A stretch of DNA of 49,403 nucleotides from Verrucomicrobia bacterium UBA3783 (GCA_002369235.1 DFFF01000035.1:3284-52686), one strand, 5' to 3'. Shown: positions 40,365 to 48,694, counted from the stretch's first letter. Numbers and translations are program-made. Notes: generated by a model not told the origin, from the letters alone.

Positions 40365-40393
40365 ATTATACCAAAAATCCCCAGAAAACACAA
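40365..40393 (-). promoter_or_regulatory. sigma70-like promoter for tmk (TTGTGT-17-TATAAT, extended -10); the transcript is probably leaderless
   Basis: The minus strand reads TTTTTGGTATAAT, with only 8 nt (ACGACAAA) between the -10 and the tmk ATG. Confidence 0.5.
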
Positions 40394-40466
40394 CAGTCTT
40401 TCACAGCGAAAGATCTGGCGGAAGGCTTTGCAGTCTGCGGAACTTTACTTCGCAGTCGAAAAGGCC

Positions 40467-40576
40467 GGACTAGGAAGTCTATAAAGTTGGACTAGGAAGT
40501 CTAAGGGTCTGGACTACGAAGGAAAGGACGCTGGACTACGAAGGAAAGGAAGTTGGACTACGAAGGAAAGGTCTCT
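40467..40576. repeat. 22-bp tandem repeat array (5 units), homologous to the array at 18673
   Basis: Units: ggactaggaagtctataaagtt / ggactaggaagtctaagggtct / ggactacgaaggaaaggacgct / ggactacgaaggaaaggaagtt / ggactacgaaggaaaggtctct. Confidence 0.95.
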
Positions 40577-40607
40577 GGGCTTCGCAACGGGATTTCATGC
40601 ACTTAAG

Positions 40608-41063
40608 TTAAAGAAGAGGCTCTACTTTAAGCCAACGAGCGCCCCAGCGCTTCGCCTCTTCGTGCGTAGGGAACCAGACATCGATATGCCTGCCCTTGAT
40701 GGCGCCGCCGACATCTTCCACGGTGCCTATCCCGTAACCTGGAATATCCAGTTTCACCCCATAGCGAAAATAATTCAAATCCGCCGCCACCGTCCCGTGC
40801 TTGGCGACCTTGCCGCTTGACGTGACGCCGACAACTTTGGGCTTTCCCTTGAGTTTTCCGTAATCGTAGACGGTCGTGCCGTCGGGAAGCCGCTTCCAGC
40901 CGCAGCACTTCTCGCAATTGCAATACCCGGTGACCAGCACCTTGCCCGGATGCGCGAGGGAGCTGGTGCGCCAAATCTTGATGGCGATTCTGCCGAACAA
41001 GGCGGCGGCGGCAAAAATCGCCGCCCAAACCCAAATTGCCGCCGTTTTCCCTCGTCTAGCCAC
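40608..41063 (-). CDS. 3D-domain protein (MltA-like fold), membrane-anchored
   Basis: GTG start. N-terminal TM AAIWVWAAIFAAAALF. The C-terminal GTVAADLNYFRYG..L.IPGYGIGTVEDVGGAIKGRHIDVWF matches the 3D (Asp-Asp-Asp) domain pattern. Confidence 0.72.
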   Translation of the reverse strand: MARRGKTAAIWVWAAIFAAAALFGRIAIKIWRTSSLAHPGKVLVTGYCNCEKCCGWKRLPDGTTVYDYGKLKGKPKVVGVTSSGKVAKHGTVAADLNYFRYGVKLDIPGYGIGTVEDVGGAIKGRHIDVWFPTHEEAKRWGARWLKVEPLL

Positions 41064-41098
41064 CCCTCAGCCCTCAGCCCTCAACGCTCAACCCTCTT
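41064..41098. repeat. five tandem heptamers (CCCTCAG-like) spanning a stop/start junction
   Basis: Plus strand reads ccctcag ccctcag ccctcaa cgctcaa ccctctt. The repeat contains the stop of the TPR protein (41081-41083) and abuts the GTG of the 3D-domain gene (41063). Confidence 0.85.
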
Positions 41099-43480
41099 CT
41101 CCAGCGCCTCGTAGACCGCCTTTTTGGTATCGAGAATGGCGGCGGAATCCGGAATCATCATGACCGCCTTGTCGATATTTATCTTGGCGGCGTCAAGCTT
41201 GCCGAGCTCAAGCTGGAGCATGGCGAGGTTGTTGTAGATCGCCGGTTCGTTGGGCTTCTGGACGAGGCAGCGCTTCAGATACTCCTCGGCGCGGGAGAGC
41301 TGGTGCTCCTTGAGGTAATACATGCCCATCGCGAAATTGGCGTCCGGGAAGGTGGGGTCGCTTGCGAGAATCGTCTCGGCATAGAGCTTGCCCATCGTGA
41401 AATCGGCGCGCACGAGCGCGAGCTGCAACCCTTCGCGGGGCGTCACCCGCGAGAGCATCTGCTCGGTGCGGCGCGACAAGCCGCGGATCATCCGCTGGTA
41501 GATTTCGTTCTTGTCGTTGAGCGCTTTGGCCGTCTCCACTTCGCGGATCGCAGTTTCGGAGTCGCCGGCGATATCCGCCGCCTCGCTGCGATATGTGCAC
41601 ATGCGCGCAAGCCGCCACTGCACGGCGAGAAACGCTTCGCGGATCCGCTTGTCGGTGCAGGACTTGATGCCGCCTTTCTTGTAGATGTCGAGAACCCTCG
41701 CGGCGAGCTCGTCCGCCACCTTGATGCCGCGCATGCGCTCCTCTTCGCTCGCGAATCCGGCCGGCAGCGAAAGCATGCCGCCCATCGGCGGAAGCGGCTT
41801 GGCGTCGCGCTTCCAGAGATCGAACGCCATCTGCGCCGCGCAATTGCCGAGCATCTCGGGCCGGTCGCGAATCCACGACCTCAGGCCCATGCCCGCATCG
41901 AATCCAAAACTGAACTTGTCTTCCTCGCTCGTCATGCCGCGCTTGCGCAGATACTCGGCATTGCGGTCGAGCGCCATGAGCGAAAGGCAGTAGAGCCGCT
42001 TGCCGTAGCGCATCGCCTCGAGCTCCAGCCCGGTATCGAGATTGCCGTCGGTGAAGATGAAATCCACATCCTTCGCTTCGCGCACCGTCTCGTGCACGCC
42101 GTCGCGGATCACCGCGAGCATTTCGCGCGTCGTGGTCTTGATGCGTCCGGGGATGATGCCGCAGAAAATCACAACCGGCACGCACGCGACGATTATTGGG
42201 CGCAACAGCGCCGAAAACCGCCCTTCGCCGAATTCCGAGTCGTCCGCGTCGTCGCGCCCGTAGCTTTGGGCGGCAAGGCGCCTGTGGTCGCGGCAAACGG
42301 CGTCGACGCCCAAAATGCAAACGCCGCCGGTCAATGTAACCGAAGTCAGCAAAAGCCCCATCGACAGGAGATACTGGCTGCCCACCGACCCGTAAGACCA
42401 GAACCACAACGCCGGCAGCGCCGAAGACTGCATATACGCCACGGTCGAGCAGCAAATAAACACGATGCCCGTGCCATATGCCAGGAACTCGTCTTCATCC
42501 GCCGCCGCCGGGAAGCGGATTGTCGAAACCACGATCGGAACGATGCAAATGCCGAAAAACAGCACCCAGCCGATCAAATCCGCCGCTCCGGTGAGAGCGC
42601 CCCAATAGCTGAGCATGTAGTCGAGCGGCAAATCCCCTACCGATTTCCCTGCCGCCACAAGTCCGTCGTGCGCAATGAAAGTGTAGATATTGAGCCCCAC
42701 GCCCACGATAAACGCGCAAAGGAAAATGAAGGTCACATACCACTTGCCCACGGCAATGACCGCAGGCTTGAAGAACGGACTCTCGAAAACCGGCAGCTTG
42801 GTGAGCACCATGTCGTTGAGAATGAGAAAGAGCATGATCAGCACGAAGGCAAGCGGAGTTTCCGCCGCCAAAAGCCCCATCGCCAGCGCGCTCAGATACG
42901 CCCACTTGAGCGTGCCTTTGCGGAGGAACAGGAAGAACGCCTCGATCCCGAGGAGCGTAAGGCCGATCAGAATCGTCGTGGCGCTCAGGCACTCGCCGGC
43001 GTTCCACACGGGGTCGGACGCGACAAACGCGACCGAGCCGATGACTGCGGACACGCGCATGACGAGGGTGCGCCGACGCGAATGCTGCGGACGCGCACGC
43101 ATGATGAAGGCCAGAAGTTCGCGCAAAAGCGCATAAATGAGAATCGCGATGCAGGCGGAAGAAAAGTGGCCGAGAATTTTAAGCGCCCAGTTGCCGGCGG
43201 TAAGCCCGCCAAGACTGTAGCAGATATCGGCGAGGAAGGTGTAGAAGCCCGGGATCAGCGTATCCGCCGGGCGCACACCCGTCGCAACGGCCACATCGTG
43301 CCAGACCTGAGGATGGAGACCGGGGAATTCCCAGATCGACATGCAAATCCAGACGACCGCGCCGAGCGTCAAGGCGATTCCGAGGTCGAGCAATCCGATG
43401 CCCTCGCCCTTGATGGCCGTCAAAAGTTCGTCGGTGAATTCAAATCCGTCTTCGGACTTCCTTACTTCGTCTTTCTTCAT
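41081..43480 (-). CDS. polytopic membrane protein with C-terminal TPR repeats (DUF2723/TMEM260-like GT-C candidate)
   Basis: About 11 or more TM segments in the N-terminal 420 aa or so. The C-terminal TPR-like helices include YYLKEHQLSRAEEYLKRCL...NNLAMLQLELGKLDAAKINIDKAV. ATG at 43480 after AAGGG; the track start at 43501 is TTG. The family assignment is tentative. Confidence 0.55.
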   Translation of the reverse strand: MKKDEVRKSEDGFEFTDELLTAIKGEGIGLLDLGIALTLGAVVWICMSIWEFPGLHPQVWHDVAVATGVRPADTLIPGFYTFLADICYSLGGLTAGNWALKILGHFSSACIAILIYALLRELLAFIMRARPQHSRRRTLVMRVSAVIGSVAFVASDPVWNAGECLSATTILIGLTLLGIEAFFLFLRKGTLKWAYLSALAMGLLAAETPLAFVLIMLFLILNDMVLTKLPVFESPFFKPAVIAVGKWYVTFIFLCAFIVGVGLNIYTFIAHDGLVAAGKSVGDLPLDYMLSYWGALTGAADLIGWVLFFGICIVPIVVSTIRFPAAADEDEFLAYGTGIVFICCSTVAYMQSSALPALWFWSYGSVGSQYLLSMGLLLTSVTLTGGVCILGVDAVCRDHRRLAAQSYGRDDADDSEFGEGRFSALLRPIIVACVPVVIFCGIIPGRIKTTTREMLAVIRDGVHETVREAKDVDFIFTDGNLDTGLELEAMRYGKRLYCLSLMALDRNAEYLRKRGMTSEEDKFSFGFDAGMGLRSWIRDRPEMLGNCAAQMAFDLWKRDAKPLPPMGGMLSLPAGFASEEERMRGIKVADELAARVLDIYKKGGIKSCTDKRIREAFLAVQWRLARMCTYRSEAADIAGDSETAIREVETAKALNDKNEIYQRMIRGLSRRTEQMLSRVTPREGLQLALVRADFTMGKLYAETILASDPTFPDANFAMGMYYLKEHQLSRAEEYLKRCLVQKPNEPAIYNNLAMLQLELGKLDAAKINIDKAVMMIPDSAAILDTKKAVYEALEKRVER

Positions 43481-43502
43481 CTCACGCCCTTTGCTTTGCA
43501 AC

Positions 43503-43530
43503 GAAGGGCAGGCGTCACCGCCCGCCCTTC
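43503..43530 (-). terminator. GC-rich intercistronic hairpin (12-bp stem, 1 mismatch, 4-nt loop) with no U-tract
   Basis: gaagggcaggcg-tcac-cgcccgcccttc lies between the PEP-CTERM gene stop (43562) and the next start (43480). It could be an attenuator or an RNA-stabilising structure. Confidence 0.35.
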
Positions 43531-43561
43531 ATGTACTTTCGTCACATCCGGGTTACACAAC

Positions 43562-44122
43562 TTACATGCGTTTGCGCTTCAACGCCAGCAACGCCCCGCC
43601 GACCAAGAGCAGCATCGCCCCCGTCGGCTCCGGAGCACTGAACGTCCCGCCAGTCCACGCGGTAGGTATCGTGGCCATGGAACTCAAAGTTGTAGTGATA
43701 TGACCACTGGCGTCGGCGTATGCAAGAGTTTGAGACCTGTTGACCCAGCCATCTTGACCATTTGCAGAATTGTAGCCAGTCACTTCAATATAATATGAAT
43801 ACCCCTCGGTATAAGTATTAACCTCTTGAGCATTAAGATCATAAGTAGTAAGATCCGCATACAGCCCGCCCGCGGCATCACTAGACGAAACGGGAGAACT
43901 TACTGAACCATACGATCCAGCCCCTTCCCCAACATCCCAAGTATACTTATAGGAGGACAAGGCATAAGTATCACTGCCATTCGTCGCGTAGATGTTGAAG
44001 GTATGCGTTTGTTGACTATCAATTGCTCCGAGACTATCGGAATTCACTTGCCAATACAAATACGCCGCCTGCGACGACATAGTCGCCAAAACAAGCACCA
44101 CTCCTAGTAAAATCTTTTTCAT
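43562..44122 (-). CDS. PEP-CTERM sorting-domain protein (secreted, Ser/Thr/Tyr-rich)
   Basis: Signal peptide MKKILLGVVLVLATMSSQA. The C-terminus PEPTGAMLLLVGGALLALKRKRM has the PEP motif, a TM helix and a basic tail. ATG at 44122 follows a GAGGG SD; the track start is 44137. Low G+C. Confidence 0.8.
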   Translation of the reverse strand: MKKILLGVVLVLATMSSQAAYLYWQVNSDSLGAIDSQQTHTFNIYATNGSDTYALSSYKYTWDVGEGAGSYGSVSSPVSSSDAAGGLYADLTTYDLNAQEVNTYTEGYSYYIEVTGYNSANGQDGWVNRSQTLAYADASGHITTTLSSMATIPTAWTGGTFSAPEPTGAMLLLVGGALLALKRKRM

Positions 44123-44142
44123 TGTAGTTGCCCTCATGCTTA

Positions 44143-44946
44143 TTAGTTTTTGCTCCCGTCAACAGTCGTAGTGGTAAACGTCACATCGTATTGCCCGGTG
44201 CTCATATACCACGCGCCCATGCCAGGTTGGATGATGGCGGCGGCGGTTATATCCGTGCCAGGAATTATCCAACTGGTTCCATTATATACGACAATATAAC
44301 TGTTCCCCTTTTTGTCCTGCAGGCGAATCGTATCGCCAACTTCGACATTCGTCCATGTATCGACACACGCTACCGTCGTGCCGCTCGCAATTTCGCTCGC
44401 TTCTGGCCTATTGAGGTAGAATGGCAAGGAGGTCGTGTTGACCGGCGCGAAAAGCGTCGCCTTGCCGGCGGCCAGAGTATATGTCCCTACGCCAGTGGAG
44501 GTATACTGGCCATAGAGGTAAATTTCTCCGGCCGGGGTCGCTCCATTATTGTAATTTCCACGGCAGATGATCAACGCCTGACCGCGAGCAAGGGTCTCTT
44601 CCCCGCCTTGCGAAACACTCTTGCCACCTATACTGGTCACAGAAGTCAATCCTACCCAGGATTTCACGCCCGCTTCTTCAGTCAGAACCCAGCCCTTGTA
44701 CGTTTCAGTAGAGCTGTTATAAAGATACAGAGTATCGCCTGCGGTCATATTGGAAGTCATGACAAAATCCTTGACCTTGATGGGGTTGTCGCTAGTGCCG
44801 ACCGCTTCCCACGGAACGCTAACAACCGTCTCGGCGTTCGTCGAAGAAACCTTCAAAACGCCAAAGGTATTGGGAGACTCCACACTGGTGGCCATCGCGA
44901 GACCCGCCGCACAAACTGCCGCCGCCGAAAAAAGAATTTTCTTCAT
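44143..44946 (-). CDS. secreted protein of unknown function with two similar beta-rich halves
   Basis: Signal peptide MKKILFSAAAVCAAGLAMA and a GGAAGGGGG SD. The GDTLYLYNSSTETYKGWVL and GDTIRLQDKKGNSYIVVYNGTSWII segments suggest an internal duplication. Low G+C. Confidence 0.6.
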   Translation of the reverse strand: MKKILFSAAAVCAAGLAMATSVESPNTFGVLKVSSTNAETVVSVPWEAVGTSDNPIKVKDFVMTSNMTAGDTLYLYNSSTETYKGWVLTEEAGVKSWVGLTSVTSIGGKSVSQGGEETLARGQALIICRGNYNNGATPAGEIYLYGQYTSTGVGTYTLAAGKATLFAPVNTTSLPFYLNRPEASEIASGTTVACVDTWTNVEVGDTIRLQDKKGNSYIVVYNGTSWIIPGTDITAAAIIQPGMGAWYMSTGQYDVTFTTTTVDGSKN

Positions 44947-44965
44947 AATCTAAACCCCCTTCCTT

Positions 44966-45712
44966 TTACTTGATGGGCTTGCGACCAATCGAGAAGAACT
45001 TGGCGTCATCCTTGTCCACCGGAATGACGACATTGTTTTGCGTATCATCAAGCACCACATCCGTCGCCGTGATCGACCCGAGATCCGCACCCTTCTTGAC
45101 GACATAATTGACGGAAGGCACCATGCCGGAAACCTTGATGAGCACCTCGTTGCCATAAGGATCAAAGCTTTCGATTTTGGGATTCGCAATATTGCTCGCG
45201 TCGGTTTCTACCGCCGCGACGGAAGGGTCGAGCGACTTGTTGCTCACGAAGATGCTCGTGGCGCCTGTCGACGCCGCCTGAGCCGTGGTCGCCTGGACGG
45301 AGTTGACGCGCACCGGCTTGCCGCTCGTCGCATCCGCCGCCGCAGGCGTGCCGCCTATGCCGCGAGTATCAAGCATATAGACGCGGTAGATGCCGCTCGT
45401 TTTCTTCTTGGCGCTGTCGAGCAGAAAGAGCACCGGCGGGCAATTGTGGTTCTCGGTCGCGAGCGGCGCGGCGAGCAAAACTTCACTCTCGGTCGGGTCG
45501 ACCGCATTGAGCTGGGTATCAACCGCGAGCGCCGTATTCTCATCCGCGAGCCACGCGAGCGCATACCATTCGTCTTTCACCGCCTCAGAGCCGTCTGCGT
45601 AGAGATCGGGACCTTGCGTCGAGAAAACTACACGAAGATCGTTCGCGTCGGCAAACGCGAACGACGCCGCCATTACCGCTGCGGCGAGAAGCGAAAACCT
45701 GCATTTTTTCAT
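44966..45712 (-). CDS. secreted protein of unknown function
   Basis: ORF 44966..45766 trimmed to ATG 45712, giving the signal peptide MKKCRFSLLAAAVMAASFAFA. No recognisable domain. Confidence 0.6.
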   Translation of the reverse strand: MKKCRFSLLAAAVMAASFAFADANDLRVVFSTQGPDLYADGSEAVKDEWYALAWLADENTALAVDTQLNAVDPTESEVLLAAPLATENHNCPPVLFLLDSAKKKTSGIYRVYMLDTRGIGGTPAAADATSGKPVRVNSVQATTAQAASTGATSIFVSNKSLDPSVAAVETDASNIANPKIESFDPYGNEVLIKVSGMVPSVNYVVKKGADLGSITATDVVLDDTQNNVVIPVDKDDAKFFSIGRKPIK

Positions 45713-45756
45713 AGAAGCACAGTCCTTCTTTTGCAATTCAAATCTCTTCACCTTGT

Positions 45757-45786
45757 ATTTTATCAAAAAACGGAGTGGTTTGTCAA
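45757..45786 (-). promoter_or_regulatory. sigma70-like promoter (TTGACA-18-TAAAAT) for the secreted-protein operon
   Basis: Minus strand reads TTGACAAACCACTCCGTTTTTTGATAAAAT. It lies between the SurA-like stop (45795) and the ATG at 45712. Confidence 0.55.
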
Positions 45787-45794
45787 CACCTCTA

Positions 45795-46619
45795 TCAATA
45801 AATCTTGATATACGCCGCCTTGCGCAACCGGTCTATCCAGTCGGCGTAGAGCCGCGTGGACTCCTTGGCGCGGACTGCCGCCTCGATATCGGCGTAGGCC
45901 TCGGAAAACGTCTTCATTTCCGTTATTTCCTCGCCATCTTTGCGCACCTTGAAGCTGTAGTCCATGAATTTGTGCCACCCGGAAGTCTCGCCGGTCTTCA
46001 GCGATTTTATCACCTCGCAGACCTCAGGCTGGAAGATGCCGTCGGGGTTGACGCGCTCGTAGACGTCCGCCTCAGCGTTGAAATCCAACCGGTCGCGACC
46101 CTCGGTGCCATCCGGCGGCACGAGCAGGATCGAGACCGACACCAGCATGTTCTTCGCGTAGGCGGCGCGGTTCGTCTCGTATTCCTCCTTCATCGCCGCC
46201 GGCGAAACGGCGGCGTTTTTGTCCACAATCTGGTAGCGCATGGCCGAGACGATCATGTCGTCCTTGATGCGCGCATGCCACTCCGGATAGGAGACGCGGT
46301 CCTTCGCGAGCTGGTTCATGAGGCGGTTGCGATCGCCGTCGAAATTGCGCTTGATGATTTCGCGCACGCGGTTTTCGACCACCCAATCCTGCATCGTCAT
46401 CTTCTGGTCTTTCGCCGCCTTGATGATGAGTTTGCGGTTGATCAGTTCTTCCAAGGCCGGACGGAACGCGCCGGCGTCGCGCACGCCGTTGCGCGACATC
46501 TCCATCAGCACGTCCGAATACATTATCGCCTCTTCATTTACCCGCGCGGCAATGCCGTCGACGATCTCCGCCTTCGCCGCCGCCGCGGCAAGAACCGCCA
46601 TCAAAAGAACCTTCTTCAT
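45795..46619 (-). CDS. SurA-N-domain periplasmic chaperone-like protein
   Basis: Signal peptide MKKVLLMAVLAAAAAKA. IAARVNEEAIMYSDV...ELINRKLIIKAAK resembles the SurA N-terminal chaperone domain. No parvulin domain is evident. Confidence 0.6.
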   Translation of the reverse strand: MKKVLLMAVLAAAAAKAEIVDGIAARVNEEAIMYSDVLMEMSRNGVRDAGAFRPALEELINRKLIIKAAKDQKMTMQDWVVENRVREIIKRNFDGDRNRLMNQLAKDRVSYPEWHARIKDDMIVSAMRYQIVDKNAAVSPAAMKEEYETNRAAYAKNMLVSVSILLVPPDGTEGRDRLDFNAEADVYERVNPDGIFQPEVCEVIKSLKTGETSGWHKFMDYSFKVRKDGEEITEMKTFSEAYADIEAAVRAKESTRLYADWIDRLRKAAYIKIY

Positions 46620-46640
46620 TGTCTCTTCCCTCTTTTCGTT

Positions 46641-47873
46641 TCAGTTTCCCATGATCGCCGCGACGGCGGCGCCGATGAGCGGCGCATCTTCCACCTTGGC
46701 GACGATTTCGTAATGGACATTCCGCCGCCGCACGAGCATGTCGTCGAGCTCATGCTTGATCGTGGCGGCAAAATCCACCGAGCGCGTCTTGTAATAGGTA
46801 GAGCCGTCGATGCAGATCGCGACCGGTTCGTCCGCCTGGACGCCCTCGCCCGATTTGATCACGAACGCCGCGAGTTCCACCGCCGCGAGCGTCGCCGCGC
46901 GCTCGAACACCGGAAGCACGAACCGCCGCGCAAGCCGCAGGTCGTCCGCCGGAAGATTGAGATCCGCCACCCCGTCGCAAAAATCGTCAAGCTCCTTCGT
47001 GGAAATGTTCCCAAGTCCCGTGATCACGGAGCCGCCGCGACGGGAAAAGTATCCGGCTTTTGCCGCCGCCTTGAGGATTTCGTGCCCGATCGGACCCAGA
47101 TACGCCCCCGCAATCATCTTCTCCAGCCGCTGCCTGCCCGGATTGCCGCTCCTCGCATCGAGGATTTCATCGAACTTCGACTGCGGAAGCTTGTCGAACG
47201 CGCCGGCTTCGGCGTTGATGATGACGCCGAGATCCTGATCCACATACGCCGTGTTCGATCCGGTGCCGAGGATGAAGCCGATGAACGACGAATACTCCTT
47301 CTCGCCTGCCGTCGCCTTGGCGGCCAGCAGCGTCGCCACCGTATCGTTGACCACGGCGATCGCTCCGCCGCCGAGCCGCTTCAGCAGCTCCGCCCCCACA
47401 TGCTGCCCCACGATCTCCGGCGCTTTGATGTTTTTCGTCCAGGCGATAAGCTGCGCGTCGAGGTTTTCCGTCACCTTCGCGGGATAGCTGAAGCACCAGC
47501 CGATTTTCCCGGTGTTCGCGAGGGGCTTGAGACGCTCCACCTCGCCGGCGAAAACCTTGTAGAATTCCTCTGCCGACACCTCCCTGGCGACGCCCGGCAT
47601 CGATTGGTTCCGCCGCGCCTCGATTGCGCCGTCCCAGGAAACGACCGCGCCGCGCAAGTTCGTGCCGCCGGCGTCCAAAACCACCGCCTTCTTGCCGGCG
47701 TAGTTTTCCCTGCCCGGCGCCGCAAGATGCGAATTTATCATCGCCAGCGACGACTCCCGCCCGGCAAGCCCGGCGTCCATCTCCGCTATGAAGTGCGCAA
47801 TCAGCCGCGAACGGTCGATCTTCGCCGCGCTCGTCCAGCCGTTTTCCTCGAGAAATTCTTCAGGCGTCTTCAT
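46641..47873 (-). CDS. hexokinase-family sugar kinase (eukaryote-type fold)
   Basis: ORF trimmed to ATG 47873 (MKTPEEFL...). LDAGGTNLRG, GFILGTGSNTAY and IDGSTY match hexokinase_1/_2 motifs rather than ROK or Glk motifs. Confidence 0.78.
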   Translation of the reverse strand: MKTPEEFLEENGWTSAAKIDRSRLIAHFIAEMDAGLAGRESSLAMINSHLAAPGRENYAGKKAVVLDAGGTNLRGAVVSWDGAIEARRNQSMPGVAREVSAEEFYKVFAGEVERLKPLANTGKIGWCFSYPAKVTENLDAQLIAWTKNIKAPEIVGQHVGAELLKRLGGGAIAVVNDTVATLLAAKATAGEKEYSSFIGFILGTGSNTAYVDQDLGVIINAEAGAFDKLPQSKFDEILDARSGNPGRQRLEKMIAGAYLGPIGHEILKAAAKAGYFSRRGGSVITGLGNISTKELDDFCDGVADLNLPADDLRLARRFVLPVFERAATLAAVELAAFVIKSGEGVQADEPVAICIDGSTYYKTRSVDFAATIKHELDDMLVRRRNVHYEIVAKVEDAPLIGAAVAAIMGN

Positions 47874-48694
47874 TGTCCGCACAATCCTTTCGCCAGTTCC
47901 ACCCACTCTTCGTTCGTGAGCTGTTCGGCCCGCAAGGTAGAGTCGATTATTCCCTTGAAAATACTGCCCAGCTGCTTGCGCCGGTGCTCGAAAGCCTGCT
48001 TTACAATCCTGCGGAACATCGCGCGCACCTCGCCGGAAAGACCGGCGTTGCGCTCGTGGCGCGTGAGCTCCACGACGCTGGAGCCAACCTCGGGGCGCGG
48101 CCAGAAACACGACGCCGCGACCTTCCGCACGATTTTCACGTCGTAGTCGAGCTGCACCCAGACTCCGGCCAGGGAACGCGTTTTGCCGCCCTCTTTCGCC
48201 GCCAGACGCTCGGCAACTTCAGTCTGCACCAAGACGGTCATCGTCTCCATCCGGCGGGTCATCGCGAGAGAGAGCAGAATCCTCGTCCCCGCCTGATACG
48301 GAAGGTTGGAGACGAGTGCCGAGGGGAACGGAGATTGGAAACCGCCGCCCTCCCGGTCCTCCAGGGCGGCAATAAAATCCAGCGCATCCCCTTTGACGAC
48401 GGCGAGACCTTCGGGGCCGCCCAGCGCGTCGGCAAGGCGGTCGGCAAGAACGGGATCCTTCTCGATCGCAAGGACTTTAACGCCTCGCGACAGCATTTCT
48501 TCGGTAAGCACGCCAAGCCCCGGACCGATTTCCAGCACATTCTCCGGCTTCGCCCTGAGCCCGGAATCCACAATCGCCAAAAGCGCATTGCGGTCGATGA
48601 GAAAGTTCTGCCCCATCACCTTGTTGGGGTGAAAGCCGTTTTCGATGCACCACGACTTTACCTGACTGGGGCTCGTCAGGTTGATGGCGCCCAT
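47870..48694 (-). CDS. rsmA: 16S rRNA (adenine1518/1519-N6)-dimethyltransferase
   Basis: GQNFLID, VLEIGPGLGVLT and NLPY motifs. GGAGGAG SD. Confidence 0.93.
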   Translation of the reverse strand: MGAINLTSPSQVKSWCIENGFHPNKVMGQNFLIDRNALLAIVDSGLRAKPENVLEIGPGLGVLTEEMLSRGVKVLAIEKDPVLADRLADALGGPEGLAVVKGDALDFIAALEDREGGGFQSPFPSALVSNLPYQAGTRILLSLAMTRRMETMTVLVQTEVAERLAAKEGGKTRSLAGVWVQLDYDVKIVRKVAASCFWPRPEVGSSVVELTRHERNAGLSGEVRAMFRRIVKQAFEHRRKQLGSIFKGIIDSTLRAEQLTNEEWVELAKGLCGQ

